A stretch of DNA of 64,000 bases, taken from Flavobacteriaceae bacterium. GTDB taxonomy: Bacteria; Bacteroidota; Bacteroidia; Flavobacteriales; Flavobacteriaceae. Below the pieces are notes generated by a model that saw only the letters and a list, made by a program, of their open reading frames with translations, made no database searches and was not told where the DNA came from. Of this stretch, positions 39,632 to 50,190 are shown one piece after another. Made by a program: the position numbers and the translations under genes. The stretch spans positions 60,603 through 124,602 of the forward strand of contig JABAZD010000046.1 in assembly GCA_018608705.1 (NCBI GenBank). Reading direction: 5' to 3'. Numbering within the stretch: position 1 is the stretch's first letter; the number at the start of each line of letters is the position of its first letter.

Positions 39632-39659
39632 AATACTTTTATATTATTTCTTAATTATT

Positions 39660-42600
39660 TTATGCTTCGTTTGTGTTTCTTACTTTCACTTGGTATACCA
39701 CGTTAGGTTTTGTTCCTACATGATCTAATAAATGATAAGCACGCTCATCATCTTTAAGTTTAGTAATCGCACTTTTCTTATTGTTGATGTCACCAAACGA
39801 AATCGCGCCAGAGTCACATGCTGATGAACACGCTGTTTTGAACTCATCTGGGTTTACTTCTCTCCCATCACGTTTTGCATCAAGTATTGTTTTTTGTGTC
39901 ATTTGAATACACATAGAACATTTTTCCATAACCCCTCTAGAACGAACCGTCACATCTGGATTAATTACCATACGCCCTAAGTCGTTATTCATGTGATAAT
40001 CGAACTCATCATTCTCATTATACAGAAACCAGTTAAATCGACGTACTTTGTAAGGGCAGTTATTTGCACAATAACGAGTTCCCACACAACGGTTATAAGC
40101 CATGTGATTTTGGCCTTGTCGTCCGTGAGAAGAAGCTGCTACAGGACAAACCGTTTCGCAAGGTGCATGATTACAATGTTGACACATGATTGGTTGAAAA
40201 GCAACTTGTGGATTCTCTGATGGAGTTTCCATCTCTCCAAAAGTACTTAACGAACTTCCAAGACCTTCAATATTCTCTTTGGTAGTGTTATCACCTTCAA
40301 AAGTTTCATCTGAAGAGTAGTACCTATCGATTCGAAGCCAGTGCATATCACGACTTCTACGGATTTCTTGTTTTCCTACGACTGGAACATTATTTTCTGC
40401 ATGACATGCTATGACACAAGCGCCACACCCGGTACATGAATTTAGGTCAATTGAAAGATTAAAATGGTGCCCGATAGAGCGATCAAATTCATCCCATAAG
40501 TCAACATCTGGTGAATCAACCGGTGTTTCTTCATGGTTCAATGACACCATGGTCATCGGATTCCAATCGGCCGCAGACTCAGTATTAAAGATCTCCAAAG
40601 AAGTTTCTTTGATAATATCTCCCCTACCCATTAATGTATTGTGCAATTGAACACAAGCAAATTCATGCTTTCCGTCTGTTAGTTCTACTTTTGCATTTTG
40701 AACTGTATTGAAGTTCGTATAAAAAGGATAGGCGTTCACACCTGTTTGCATTTCTGCTTTAAGTCCTTCGCTACGTCCATATCCAAATGACATTCCCATT
40801 GTGCCTCTTGCTTGTCCTGGTTGAATAATCACTGGGACTTTAACAGTCACACCGTTTACGGTAACGTTCGCATATTTTCCGTTCAAACCGCCATTTGCGT
40901 CGTGGCGATTTTGACTGAAGAAAGTACTTGTGTCTAGATAAAATCCTAATTCTTTAGCATCAAATTCAGATACAGTTAAATAATTATCCCAAGTTGTTCT
41001 TGTTAATGGGTCTGGAAATTCTTGTAACCATGGATTATTCGCTTGTTGACCATCTCCCATTCCTGTTTTTGGATAAAGCGTTAGCTCAAAGTCATTAGCA
41101 AGCGGAGTCGAAGCTAGCATTTTTACGGCTACAGATAAGGTTGTAATTTCGCTCGAATCAAAAGCATCGGCAGTATCGACAGTGGCTGAGCTTGTTGACG
41201 TATAAACACCATCATGTAAGGCATCGTTCCATGAAGCGTCTTTTAGGATGGCACTTTTCCAATAAGACTTTACAAAATCGTGGTAAGACCCTGAAATCCC
41301 AACAAGTTCTAATAAAACGTCTTGAAATTGTTTTGTATCAAACAACGGACGAATTGTTGGCTGCATAAGCCCGTAATATCCTTTTTTAGTTTCTATATCG
41401 CCCCAGGATTCCAAATAATGAGGTGCTGCAGCAACATATTGTGATACCGAAGCAGTCTCATCGTTTTTCATTGAAAAAGTAACTGATAGTTCTGTTTGTT
41501 TTAACCCTTCTACAAATGCCGTTGCGTTTGGTAGTGTATAGGCTGGGTTAACGCCGGCCATTATAACAGCACCAACAGTACCCGCATTCATGTCTGATAC
41601 TAATTTGGCAACCGCTTTGTCATTCCCTAAACGAGTTTGAGTTGGATGAGCCGTATCAAACGCTTTACTATTTAACTTTTCGTTGATTGCTAAAACAATG
41701 TTTTGTGCATTAACGTCTTGAATTCCAGTAAGAACAACGGCGTTAGAACCTGCTTTCAATAATTCTGAAGCGGCTCTGTCAACGGCTGTTTGTAAATTTG
41801 TTGGTAAGTCTCCACCCACACTAGTGCCAAACAATTTTCCGTAAAGCTTTGCAAGAACAACTTTTTGTTGTGAAGGCTTGAGCGCAACACGAGTATCTGC
41901 ATTAGCTCCTGAAAGAGACATGTTTGCTTCAAATTGTGTGTGACGTGACATTTTTCCGTTTTTCGGAACACGTCCCTTGGCATAGGCTGCATCAAATCCA
42001 CCACCCTGCCAGTCTCCTAAAAAGTCAGCTCCAATAGATACGATTGTTTGTGCTTTGGAGAAATCGTAATTTACTAACCCTCTTTTGCCATATTTATTTT
42101 GGAATGCATCTGCTGCTTCAGATTCAGAAATCGCATCATAAACAATATGGCTCACGTTTGTATATTTTTGTTTAAATTCAGAAATTAATTTATACGTCGA
42201 TGGACTTGCAAAGGTTTGTGTTAACAACACAATTGATTTGTCAGTGCCTTTTAGAGCCTCTAGTTTTTGTGAAACTTCTGCAGTAAGTTCGCTCCAGCTA
42301 ATTGCTTGGCCGTATTTTTGTGGAACTACGACTCTTTGGTTGTCATATAAATCTAATACTGATGCTTGTACTCTTGCATTAATACCGCAACTCGCTTTGG
42401 CCAAACTATTAGACTCCACTTTAATTGGACGACCTTCTCTAGTCTTAATTAAGACACTTGCAAAATCGTATCCATTAGCAATAGCAGTTGCATAATGATT
42501 AGCAACACCAGGGATGATTTGTTCTGGCTGCACCACATAAGGAATCGATTTAATAACAGGACCCTCACAAGCTGCTAAAGAGGCGGCAGCTGTACTAAAT

Positions 42601-42782
42601 CCAACGTATTTTAAGAAATCACGACGCGTAGTACTTGAATCTTCTAGGGTTTCTTTGTCACCTAAAAAATCATCTACAGGAATCTCTTGTGTGAATTCCT
42701 TTTGTTTTAGCATCTCAACAGCAGAATTATGGTTTGGATTTAACTCCTCAACACTTTTCCAATATTTCTTGTTTGATGACAT
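39660..42782 (-). CDS. actB: Alternative complex III subunit ActB (Tat, molybdopterin-like plus Fe-S domain)
   Basis: TRRDFLK...LAAC; CTGCGACVIAC, CQHCNHAPC, CVGTRYCANNCP, CSMC. Confidence 0.94.
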   Translation of the reverse strand: MSSNKKYWKSVEELNPNHNSAVEMLKQKEFTQEIPVDDFLGDKETLEDSSTTRRDFLKYVGFSTAAASLAACEGPVIKSIPYVVQPEQIIPGVANHYATAIANGYDFASVLIKTREGRPIKVESNSLAKASCGINARVQASVLDLYDNQRVVVPQKYGQAISWSELTAEVSQKLEALKGTDKSIVLLTQTFASPSTYKLISEFKQKYTNVSHIVYDAISESEAADAFQNKYGKRGLVNYDFSKAQTIVSIGADFLGDWQGGGFDAAYAKGRVPKNGKMSRHTQFEANMSLSGANADTRVALKPSQQKVVLAKLYGKLFGTSVGGDLPTNLQTAVDRAASELLKAGSNAVVLTGIQDVNAQNIVLAINEKLNSKAFDTAHPTQTRLGNDKAVAKLVSDMNAGTVGAVIMAGVNPAYTLPNATAFVEGLKQTELSVTFSMKNDETASVSQYVAAAPHYLESWGDIETKKGYYGLMQPTIRPLFDTKQFQDVLLELVGISGSYHDFVKSYWKSAILKDASWNDALHDGVYTSTSSATVDTADAFDSSEITTLSVAVKMLASTPLANDFELTLYPKTGMGDGQQANNPWLQEFPDPLTRTTWDNYLTVSEFDAKELGFYLDTSTFFSQNRHDANGGLNGKYANVTVNGVTVKVPVIIQPGQARGTMGMSFGYGRSEGLKAEMQTGVNAYPFYTNFNTVQNAKVELTDGKHEFACVQLHNTLMGRGDIIKETSLEIFNTESAADWNPMTMVSLNHEETPVDSPDVDLWDEFDRSIGHHFNLSIDLNSCTGCGACVIACHAENNVPVVGKQEIRRSRDMHWLRIDRYYSSDETFEGDNTTKENIEGLGSSLSTFGEMETPSENPQVAFQPIMCQHCNHAPCETVCPVAASSHGRQGQNHMAYNRCVGTRYCANNCPYKVRRFNWFLYNENDEFDYHMNNDLGRMVINPDVTVRSRGVMEKCSMCIQMTQKTILDAKRDGREVNPDEFKTACSSACDSGAISFGDINNKKSAITKLKDDERAYHLLDHVGTKPNVVYQVKVRNTNEA

Positions 42783-42819
42783 ATATATAATGTTACTTGT
42801 TGATCGTTTTGATTAAGTT

Positions 42820-44112
42820 CTAATAATGACATTTTCCACATTCTAACCCACCCATTTGTGCTGCAGTTAGTTGCTCAACTCCGTATTTCTTGGAGAGAGC
42901 TTTGTGAATTTTTTCGTAGTAGCCGTTATCTTGAACTTTGACATTTGTTTCTCTGTGACAGTTGATACACCAGCCCATTGTGAGAGGTGAGAACTGATAC
43001 ATTACTTCCATTTCCTCGACAGGACCGTGACAAGTTTGACACTCGAGTCCAGCTACTGTAACGTGTTGCGAGTGGTTGAAATATGCAAAATCAGGAAGGT
43101 TGTGTATTCGAACCCATTTAACTGGCTTTGTTTTTCCTGTGTATTTTTGATTGGCATCATCCCAACCAACAGCATCGTATAATTTCTTGATTTCTCCATC
43201 ATAAAACTCTTTGCTATACTCATCGTTTCCTGTGCTTTCTGACACCTCATAAATAGATTTATGACAGTTCATACAAACGTTAAGCGCTGGAATCCCTGAG
43301 TGCTTACTCACCCGTGCAGAAGAGTGACAGTATTTACAATCAATCCCGTTATCACCCGCATGAATTTTGTGAGAGTAATGGATGGGCTGAATTGGTTGGT
43401 AGCCTTGGTCAACTCCTACTTGAGATAGGTAACCGTACACAAAGTAGGCACTTGATAGCAAAAAGAAGATTGCTGCAACCAACATTAAAAATTGATTTTG
43501 AACAAAGGCTTTCCAAAGTGATTTTCTTTTAATCGCTTCAGCTATTTCTACATTGTTTGCAGAGGCAAAACGCCGTAATGTTTTATTTACTAAAAATAAG
43601 CCTAAAGCGAGTAACCCAAAAAGAATCGCTAGTGCACCTAATACAATTTCCTGAGACACTCCGCTACTGCTTTCAACAGTAGCTTGACTCGTGCCAACTA
43701 CTGCGACTGCAGGTGCAGCTTTTTCTTTCGCTGTGTAAGCTAAGATGTTATTAATATCTTCGTCAGAAAACTGTGGAAAAGCAGTCATTGCTGAGCCGTT
43801 GTACTCCGCATATATTTTGTTAGCATATGCATCACCAGACTTGATCATTGCAGAACTGTTTCTAATCCATGAATTAAGCCAGGCTCGATCTAAACCTTCT
43901 GTTTCACTGAGCCTAGCCTCTACGTTACGAAGAGCTGGACCTGTCATCTTTTTGTCTAACTGGTGACATGCTGCACAATTTGCATTGAACAAAGATTTTC
44001 CTTTGACTGGATCTCCGTCTTGAGCAAAAAGTGACGTGAATATAATTGTTAAAAAGAAAAGCCCTGTTGAAAGTAATTTTGAGGGCGCGTAAAATTTAAA
44101 TCCTTGTTTCAT
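42820..44112 (-). CDS. actA: Alternative complex III multiheme cytochrome c ActA
   Basis: Six CxxCH motifs: CAACH, CKYCH, CMNCH, CQTCH, CINCH, CGKCH. Confidence 0.94.
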   Translation of the reverse strand: MKQGFKFYAPSKLLSTGLFFLTIIFTSLFAQDGDPVKGKSLFNANCAACHQLDKKMTGPALRNVEARLSETEGLDRAWLNSWIRNSSAMIKSGDAYANKIYAEYNGSAMTAFPQFSDEDINNILAYTAKEKAAPAVAVVGTSQATVESSSGVSQEIVLGALAILFGLLALGLFLVNKTLRRFASANNVEIAEAIKRKSLWKAFVQNQFLMLVAAIFFLLSSAYFVYGYLSQVGVDQGYQPIQPIHYSHKIHAGDNGIDCKYCHSSARVSKHSGIPALNVCMNCHKSIYEVSESTGNDEYSKEFYDGEIKKLYDAVGWDDANQKYTGKTKPVKWVRIHNLPDFAYFNHSQHVTVAGLECQTCHGPVEEMEVMYQFSPLTMGWCINCHRETNVKVQDNGYYEKIHKALSKKYGVEQLTAAQMGGLECGKCHY

Positions 44113-44191
44113 AGTGTCGATAGGGGTCGTTTCTAAACTTTAATGCGATTTCTTCAAGCAAATGTGTAATATTTAACTTTAAAATCTTCCG

Positions 44192-44199
44192 CAAAAGTA
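44192..44199 (-). promoter_or_regulatory. -7 element TACTTTTG for act/cox operon
   Basis: TAnnTTTG match about 80 nt upstream of actA. Confidence 0.6.
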
Positions 44200-44297
44200 A
44201 GATATAATGTCCGTTTTTGAAATGTTAGATCTGCGTAAATTCCTAATTTATAAGCATTCTAAATAAGTAAAAATCAAAGCCATAAACTTTATTGGAT

Positions 44298-44305
44298 TAC
44301 ATTTG
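44298..44305 (+). promoter_or_regulatory. -7 element TACATTTG for SPOR gene
   Basis: TAnnTTTG match 18 nt upstream of ATG 44324. Confidence 0.6.
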
Positions 44306-44323
44306 TAAAAATAATTTAATTGC

Positions 44324-44686
44324 ATGAAAAAAAAATTATTCATATTTATTGTTGTAAATGCCTTGTTTTCAGTGCCTGCTTTAGCTCAAGAGGGCTTGGT
44401 TACAATAAATAAAAGTGCAGAAATTGAACGCATCCTAGCTTTGAAAAAAGAAATGAATAAAAAGATGCCTTTTATTAAAATTCAAATATATAGTGGGCGA
44501 CGCTCTTACGCGACAAAAGCTTTACTAAATTTTAAAGCTAATTTTCCGGGACAATTTGTAGAAATGAAATACGAAACGCCAAATTATAAAGTATGGGTAG
44601 GAAGGTTTAGGACGCGTCTTGAAGCGGATAGACAACTTGTTAGGGTCAAATCAAAATTCTCAAACGCGTTTTTGTTTACACAGTAG
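44324..44686 (+). CDS. SPOR domain protein
   Basis: Signal peptide; KIQIYSG...PNYKVWVGRFRTRLEA. Confidence 0.85.
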   Translation: MKKKLFIFIVVNALFSVPALAQEGLVTINKSAEIERILALKKEMNKKMPFIKIQIYSGRRSYATKALLNFKANFPGQFVEMKYETPNYKVWVGRFRTRLEADRQLVRVKSKFSNAFLFTQ

Positions 44687-44739
44687 TTTTTAAATCAATA
44701 AAAAAAGCGGCTATCCCTAGCTATTACAGTTTTCAAATA

Positions 44740-47517
44740 TTATTTTAATTTCTTTTTTACTTGAACTTCTTGGAAAGCCTCAAGAACGTCTCCAACATGG
44801 ATATCATTATAATTTTTGATTTGCATCCCACAATCATAACCTTTAGCGACTTCCTTGGCATCATCTTTAAAACGCTTCAGAGAACTTAGTTCCCCTGTAT
44901 ATACAACGACTCCTTCCCTAATTAAACGAATTCCAGAATTTCGGTAAATTTTGCCATTAGTGACCATACATCCAGCAATGGTTCCAATTTTAGAAATTTT
45001 AAATGTTTCTCTAATTTCTGCAGATCCTGTAATTTCTTCTTTGAACTCTGGGGACAACATACCCTCCATTGCATCTTTAAGATCATTAATAGCATCATAA
45101 ATAATTGAGTACATTCGAATATCGATCTCTTCTTTATCTGCAATCTGTCTTGCATTCCCCATTGGTCGCACATTAAATCCGATAATTATAGCATCAGAAG
45201 CAGAAGCCAACAAAACATCACTTTCAGTAATAGCCCCAACTCCTTTGTGTATAATATTAACTTGGATTTCTTCAGTAGAAAGTTTCTGAAATGAATCAGT
45301 CAAGGCCTCCACAGAACCGTCTACATCCCCTTTGAGAATGATATTAAGTTCTTTAAAGTCTCCTAATGCTATACGTCTACCAATTTCATCAAGTGTAATA
45401 TGACGCTGTGTTCTAACAGATTGCTCACGCTGTAATTGTGTGCGTTTAACTGCAATTTGTTTCGCCTCACGTTCATCTTTAAAAACGTTAAACTTATCCC
45501 CTGCTTGCGGTGCGCCATCTAATCCTAAAATAGATATTGGAGTAGAAGGTCCAGCCTCAAAGATGTCATTTCCTCGCTCATCATGCATTGCTCTAACCTT
45601 ACCACTATTTTTTCCTGCAAGTACATAATCACCAATTTTTAAGGTTCCTGCTTGCACTAGTATGGTAGACACATAACCACGTCCTTTATCTAAAAAAGCT
45701 TCAACAACTGTGCCTACTGCGGCTTTATTAGGGTTTGCTTTTAGCTCTAACAATTCAGCCTCAAGTAATACTTTTTCTAGTAATTCTTTTACACCATCTC
45801 CTTTAAGAGCCGAGACGTCATGGGATTGTATTTTTCCTCCCCAATCTTCAACTAATAAATTCATATTAGCTAACGCTTCCTTTATTTTTTCTGGATTTGC
45901 TTCTTGTCTATCAATTTTATTGATGGCAAAAACAATTGGCACCCCAGCTGCTTGTGCATGTGCTATGGCTTCTTTTGTTTGAGGCATAATATCATCATCC
46001 GCCGCAATTACAATAATAGCAATATCAGTGACTTGAGCTCCACGTGCACGCATGGCTGTAAAAGCTTCGTGACCCGGAGTGTCTAAAAACGCTATTTTTT
46101 GGCCTGTGGACAAGGTAACGCCATAAGCTCCAATGTGTTGAGTAATGCCTCCTGATTCTCCCGCAATAACATTTTCCTCTCTAATGTAATCTAGTAAAGA
46201 TGTTTTACCATGATCGACATGACCCATAACAGTTACAATTGGCGCACGAGTTTCTAATTGTTCTTCTGTGTCAACAACTATTTCGATAGCCTCATCAATA
46301 TCAGCAGTTACAAATTCTACAGTATAACCAAACTCTTCGGCAACAATGGTTAATGTTTCAGCATCTAAGCGTTGATTCATTGTAACCATCATACCTAAGG
46401 ACATACATGCAGAAATAATTTGAGTGACCGAGACATCCATCATTGTGGCTACCTCGCTTGAGGTAACAAACTCAGTAACCTTTAATACCTTACTCTCAAG
46501 CGCTTGTTGTTCTTGATCTTTTTCAGTCTGTTCCCTATGTTGGTCTCTTTTTTCTTTTCGGTACTTAGCACCTTTTTTGCCTTTATTTGATTTTCCCTGT
46601 AATTTTTCAAGAGTCTCTCTTACTTGCTTTTGAACTTCCTCAGCCGTAGGCTCTACTTTTGGTGTTTGTGTTCTACTTTGGTTTGGGCGACTTCTAAAAT
46701 TACCCTTCTTAGGTGAAGAATTGTTCCCTACTTTGCTAATTCGTCGACGCTTTTTCTTAGCATCTGTTGAGTTTCCGCTTGCTGTAGGAGTGGCTGGCTT
46801 GGGTTTTTTAGGTTTGTTAAATTGAGCTAAATCAATCGTTTGACCTGTGGACTTAGGCCCTGATAATTTTTGATAATTTGTTGTTTCAACCTTGTTGTCT
46901 CCAGTAATTAGAGCTTCATCAATACTTGGTTCTGGCTTAAGTAATTTTTGTTTAGACGATGGTATCGTGGGGTTTTCTGCCTCTTCTTTTACTTTATCTA
47001 ACTTTGTTGCTGTTACCGTTTTTGTTGATTTAGGGGGGGTTGCATGAGCTGTAGGCTCAGAAATTTGAGTTGCCTTAACTTGTGGGTTTTCGGGTTGTTT
47101 GGAGACTTCTACTTCAGGCTTTTCAGTCAGCTTGGCCTTGAGAGTTTCTGGAGATACCTTTTTAGGGCTCTCTAAATCAATTTTTCCAACTTTTTTTGGC
47201 CCCTCTAGTTTAGACTTAGCCTTTAAAACTTGCTTAGCTGCTTCTGCTTTTTGAAGCTTTTCCTCAATTTCTTGTTCACGCTGCACACGCAGTGCTTCTT
47301 TTTCTTTAAGCTTTGCCTCACCCACTTCTTTGGATGCAACTTTTTTACTAGCATCTGTTTGAAACTCTCCTGCAAGGAGATTATATACTTCAGAGTTGAT
47401 TTTAGTTGTTGGGCGTTTTTCTATTTCGACGTTTTTTGTTTCCAAAAAATCGACTGCTCTATCGAGTGAAATGTTTAATTCCCTTAAAACTTTATTTAAT
47501 CTAATAATTTCAGCCAT
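44740..47517 (-). CDS. infB: Translation initiation factor IF-2
   Basis: [32 protein letters not shown]. Confidence 0.98.
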   Translation of the reverse strand: MAEIIRLNKVLRELNISLDRAVDFLETKNVEIEKRPTTKINSEVYNLLAGEFQTDASKKVASKEVGEAKLKEKEALRVQREQEIEEKLQKAEAAKQVLKAKSKLEGPKKVGKIDLESPKKVSPETLKAKLTEKPEVEVSKQPENPQVKATQISEPTAHATPPKSTKTVTATKLDKVKEEAENPTIPSSKQKLLKPEPSIDEALITGDNKVETTNYQKLSGPKSTGQTIDLAQFNKPKKPKPATPTASGNSTDAKKKRRRISKVGNNSSPKKGNFRSRPNQSRTQTPKVEPTAEEVQKQVRETLEKLQGKSNKGKKGAKYRKEKRDQHREQTEKDQEQQALESKVLKVTEFVTSSEVATMMDVSVTQIISACMSLGMMVTMNQRLDAETLTIVAEEFGYTVEFVTADIDEAIEIVVDTEEQLETRAPIVTVMGHVDHGKTSLLDYIREENVIAGESGGITQHIGAYGVTLSTGQKIAFLDTPGHEAFTAMRARGAQVTDIAIIVIAADDDIMPQTKEAIAHAQAAGVPIVFAINKIDRQEANPEKIKEALANMNLLVEDWGGKIQSHDVSALKGDGVKELLEKVLLEAELLELKANPNKAAVGTVVEAFLDKGRGYVSTILVQAGTLKIGDYVLAGKNSGKVRAMHDERGNDIFEAGPSTPISILGLDGAPQAGDKFNVFKDEREAKQIAVKRTQLQREQSVRTQRHITLDEIGRRIALGDFKELNIILKGDVDGSVEALTDSFQKLSTEEIQVNIIHKGVGAITESDVLLASASDAIIIGFNVRPMGNARQIADKEEIDIRMYSIIYDAINDLKDAMEGMLSPEFKEEITGSAEIRETFKISKIGTIAGCMVTNGKIYRNSGIRLIREGVVVYTGELSSLKRFKDDAKEVAKGYDCGMQIKNYNDIHVGDVLEAFQEVQVKKKLK

Positions 47518-47539
47518 AAATTGCCTTTATTGTTTTTTT

Positions 47540-47547
47540 CAAATTTA
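47540..47547 (-). promoter_or_regulatory. Possible internal -7 element TAAATTTG for infB
   Basis: TAnnTTTG match in nusA-infB spacer. Confidence 0.45.
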
Positions 47548-47609
47548 CTGTGTTTACTTTCGCAAAATCAAGTTGTAAAATGCCTTTCAGGCCACCAATA
47601 TAATAAATT

Positions 47610-48842
47610 TTACTCTTCAAACTCCTCTTTAAGAATGCGAACAACGTCTTCAATTGTTTCTAACTCTAAATCTGTGCGTTTAACCAAGTCCGTAACGTCC
47701 TGTTCAAGAATGCTCTTTGCTGTGTCTAACCCTACTTTAGCGAACTCTTCAATAACCCATGCTTCAATTTCATCAGAAAATTCAGAAAGCTCAACATCTT
47801 CTTCAACTCCTTCTCTAAATACATCTATTTCATAACCAGTTAAACGACCAGCTAAACGGATATTATGTCCACCTCTACCAATAGCTTTACTTACCTCTTC
47901 AGGTTTTAAAATCACCTCGGCTCTTTTAGATTCCTCGTCAATCTTTACAGAAGTGACTCTTGCAGGACTTAAAGATCTTGTAATGTAGAGTTGTAAGTTA
48001 GTTGTGTAATTAATGACATCAATATTTTCATTTCCAAGCTCACGAACAATACCATGAATTCTCGAACCTTTCATTCCTACACAAGCACCAACTGGATCAA
48101 TTCGGTCATCATAAGAATCCACAGCTACTTTGGCTTTTTCACCTGGTATCCTAACAACTTTTTTGACAGAAATTAAACCGTCAAAAACTTCTGGTATTTC
48201 TTGTTCAAATAATTTCTCTAAAAATATTGGCGATGTTCTGGACAGAACAATTGATGGTTTGTTTCCTTTAAGATCTACACTCTCAATAATTCCTCTAACA
48301 TTATCCCCTTTTCTGAAAAAATCAGATGGAATTTGTTTATCCTTTGGAAGAACCAATTCATTCCCTTCGTCGTCTAACAAAATAACTGCGCGATGACGAA
48401 TATGATGAACCTCAGCTGTATATATTTCTCCTACTAGTTCTTTAAATTGCTTGTAAATGTTAGTGTTATCGTGCTCCTGGATTTTTGAGATCAAGTTTTG
48501 ACGAAGCGCCAATATAGAACGACGACCTAAATCGAACAGCTTCACCTCTTCAGAAACATCTTCTCCAACTTCAAAATCTGGTTCAATCATTTGGGCATCT
48601 GTTAATGATATTTCTTGATTGTCATCTTCAACTGCATCGTCAGCGACAACTATCCTATTTCTCCAAATCTCTAAATCTCCTTTATCCGGATTAATGATGA
48701 TGTCAAAGTTATCATCGTCACCAAATTTCTTTTTTAATGTATTTCTGAACACATCTTCTAAGATTGACATTAAAGTTACACGGTCGATCAGTTTTTCATC
48801 TTTAAACTCTGAAAACGAATCAATTAACGCTAAATTCTCCAT
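47610..48842 (-). CDS. nusA: Transcription termination factor NusA
   Basis: S1 and KH domains; RIPGEKAKVAV, DPVGACVG, AIGRGGHNIRLA. Confidence 0.97.
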   Translation of the reverse strand: MENLALIDSFSEFKDEKLIDRVTLMSILEDVFRNTLKKKFGDDDNFDIIINPDKGDLEIWRNRIVVADDAVEDDNQEISLTDAQMIEPDFEVGEDVSEEVKLFDLGRRSILALRQNLISKIQEHDNTNIYKQFKELVGEIYTAEVHHIRHRAVILLDDEGNELVLPKDKQIPSDFFRKGDNVRGIIESVDLKGNKPSIVLSRTSPIFLEKLFEQEIPEVFDGLISVKKVVRIPGEKAKVAVDSYDDRIDPVGACVGMKGSRIHGIVRELGNENIDVINYTTNLQLYITRSLSPARVTSVKIDEESKRAEVILKPEEVSKAIGRGGHNIRLAGRLTGYEIDVFREGVEEDVELSEFSDEIEAWVIEEFAKVGLDTAKSILEQDVTDLVKRTDLELETIEDVVRILKEEFEE

Positions 48843-48858
48843 AATTTTTAGTCTTATA

Positions 48859-49323
48859 TTAAAATAATATTTTCACTTTTGCTTCACCTATTTCATCGTA
48901 CAAAAGGGTTGCTTTTTTTTGAACTGTTACTTTACCCTTTCCTATGGGTTTTGGTTCTCTTGCTTTCCATTCTAGTAAAATGTCACTTTCACTGGCTGAT
49001 TTTAAAACAGCTTCAAATTTTTTATTTTCTAAAGTCCTTACTTCTAAAGTTCTGCCAATATGTTTTTGATATTGTCTTGAGTGTGTCAATGGGGTAGTTG
49101 CTCCTAACGAGGACACTTCCAAAGAAAAATCATACTCTTCTCTGTCTAGATTGTGCTCTATTCCACGACTTACAAACATGCAGTCTTCAACCAGAACCCC
49201 CTTATCACCATCGATTACAATTCTTATTTTATTTCTATCTAAGATTTCAAAATCTATCAAAAATAAGTCAGGTCTTTGCTCTAGACACTCTTCCAATAAT
49301 TCTTTTACTTTATCTCTAAACAT
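48859..49323 (-). CDS. rimP: Ribosome maturation factor RimP
   Basis: IDGDKGV, YDFSLEVSS; upstream of nusA-infB. Confidence 0.92.
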   Translation of the reverse strand: MFRDKVKELLEECLEQRPDLFLIDFEILDRNKIRIVIDGDKGVLVEDCMFVSRGIEHNLDREEYDFSLEVSSLGATTPLTHSRQYQKHIGRTLEVRTLENKKFEAVLKSASESDILLEWKAREPKPIGKGKVTVQKKATLLYDEIGEAKVKILF

Positions 49324-49330
49324 TTGGTAT

Positions 49331-49356
49331 AAAAAGAGGGGACTTTATGTCCCCTC
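49331..49356 (-). promoter_or_regulatory. Terminator-type attenuator in rimP leader
   Basis: GAGGGGAC-ATAAA-GTCCCCTC followed by TTTTT, lying between the promoter and the ATG. Confidence 0.7.
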
Positions 49357-49382
49357 GCATTTTCATTTATCATTCTATGGCG

Positions 49383-49414
49383 CAAATATACGACATAAAA
49401 ATTGAATTTAACAA
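49383..49414 (-). promoter_or_regulatory. Promoter of rimP-nusA-infB (TTG-N21-TATATTTG)
   Basis: -7 element at 49390-49383; TTG at 49414-49412. Confidence 0.7.
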
Positions 49415-49432
49415 GTGTTTATACTTGTTTAG

Positions 49433-49505
49433 TTGGCCCACTAGGGCTCGAACCTAGACTCTTTGGTACCAAAAACCAACGTGTTGCCAGTTACACCATG
49501 GGCCA
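49433..49505 (-). tRNA. tRNA-Gln(TTG)
   Basis: Acceptor TGGCCCA/TGGGCCA, anticodon arm TTGGT-TTTTGGT-ACCAA, T arm CTAGG-TTCGAGC-CCTAG; CCA not encoded. Confidence 0.95.
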
Positions 49506-49522
49506 ATCTCGTAATGAGGCTG

Positions 49523-49553
49523 CAAATTTATGATAAAGTTTTGTTTAGCCAAA
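49523..49553 (-). promoter_or_regulatory. tRNA-Gln promoter TTTG-N19-TAAATTTG
   Basis: Both consensus elements present with canonical spacing. Confidence 0.75.
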
Positions 49554-49581
49554 CATTTTTAAAATTATTTATTGCTGGTTT

Positions 49582-49613
49582 TTTGGTTTATAATATAAAC
49601 TAGTTTATATTTG
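49582..49613 (+). promoter_or_regulatory. Promoter TTTG-N20-TATATTTG overlapped by 20-bp palindromic putative operator (49592-49611)
   Basis: AATATAAACTAGTTTATATT is its own reverse complement and covers the start of the -7 element. Confidence 0.75.
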
Positions 49614-49634
49614 ATATTTTAAACCAATAAAAAT

Positions 49635-50189
49635 ATGGAAGATCAAATTCAACTAATTAATGATGTAATCAACAAAACAAAAGAAAACTTAAAAGAAAGT
49701 TCTTTCTCTTTTATTTTTTGGGGATCACTTATCGCTATACTAAGCTTTTTTCACTACAGATATCCGGAAGTTGTACAGCAAACACACTACTCATTACTAC
49801 TATATTGGGTCTTAATTCCTATTATAGGGATGGTTATAACTTTGGTCTATAACATTAAAAAACGCGTAAAAGCAGGCTATGAAACACATGTCGGGCGGAG
49901 TTTAAAAATAATATGGGGCGTGTTTAATATCTCTTGGATTCTTTTAATTTTTATCTCTATTGAAAAAAAAATTAATCCAACAGAGTCTATATTGTTTTTA
50001 TTAGGAGTGATGATTCTTATAACGGGACTTTTAATTCGCTTCAAACCCTTTTCTTTTGGAGGCATATCTGTTATTATATGCAGCATCCTTTGCGTTTACA
50101 CTCCAAATAATTCTTGGCTGTTGCTAAACAGTATTGCCGCTGTTTTAGGGCTACTTCTTCCTGGAATTTATCTTTATTACAGGAAATAA
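49635..50189 (+). CDS. Hypothetical polytopic membrane protein (about 6 TM)
   Basis: Short N-terminal helix then repeated hydrophobic segments; 1 nt from the wHTH gene. Confidence 0.75.
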   Translation: MEDQIQLINDVINKTKENLKESSFSFIFWGSLIAILSFFHYRYPEVVQQTHYSLLLYWVLIPIIGMVITLVYNIKKRVKAGYETHVGRSLKIIWGVFNISWILLIFISIEKKINPTESILFLLGVMILITGLLIRFKPFSFGGISVIICSILCVYTPNNSWLLLNSIAAVLGLLLPGIYLYYRK

Positions 50190-50190
50190 A

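Noticed and set aside
44687-44739. Bidirectional terminator between SPOR gene and infB
   Set aside because: Only a weak imperfect stem (GGCTA/TAGCT) could be formed
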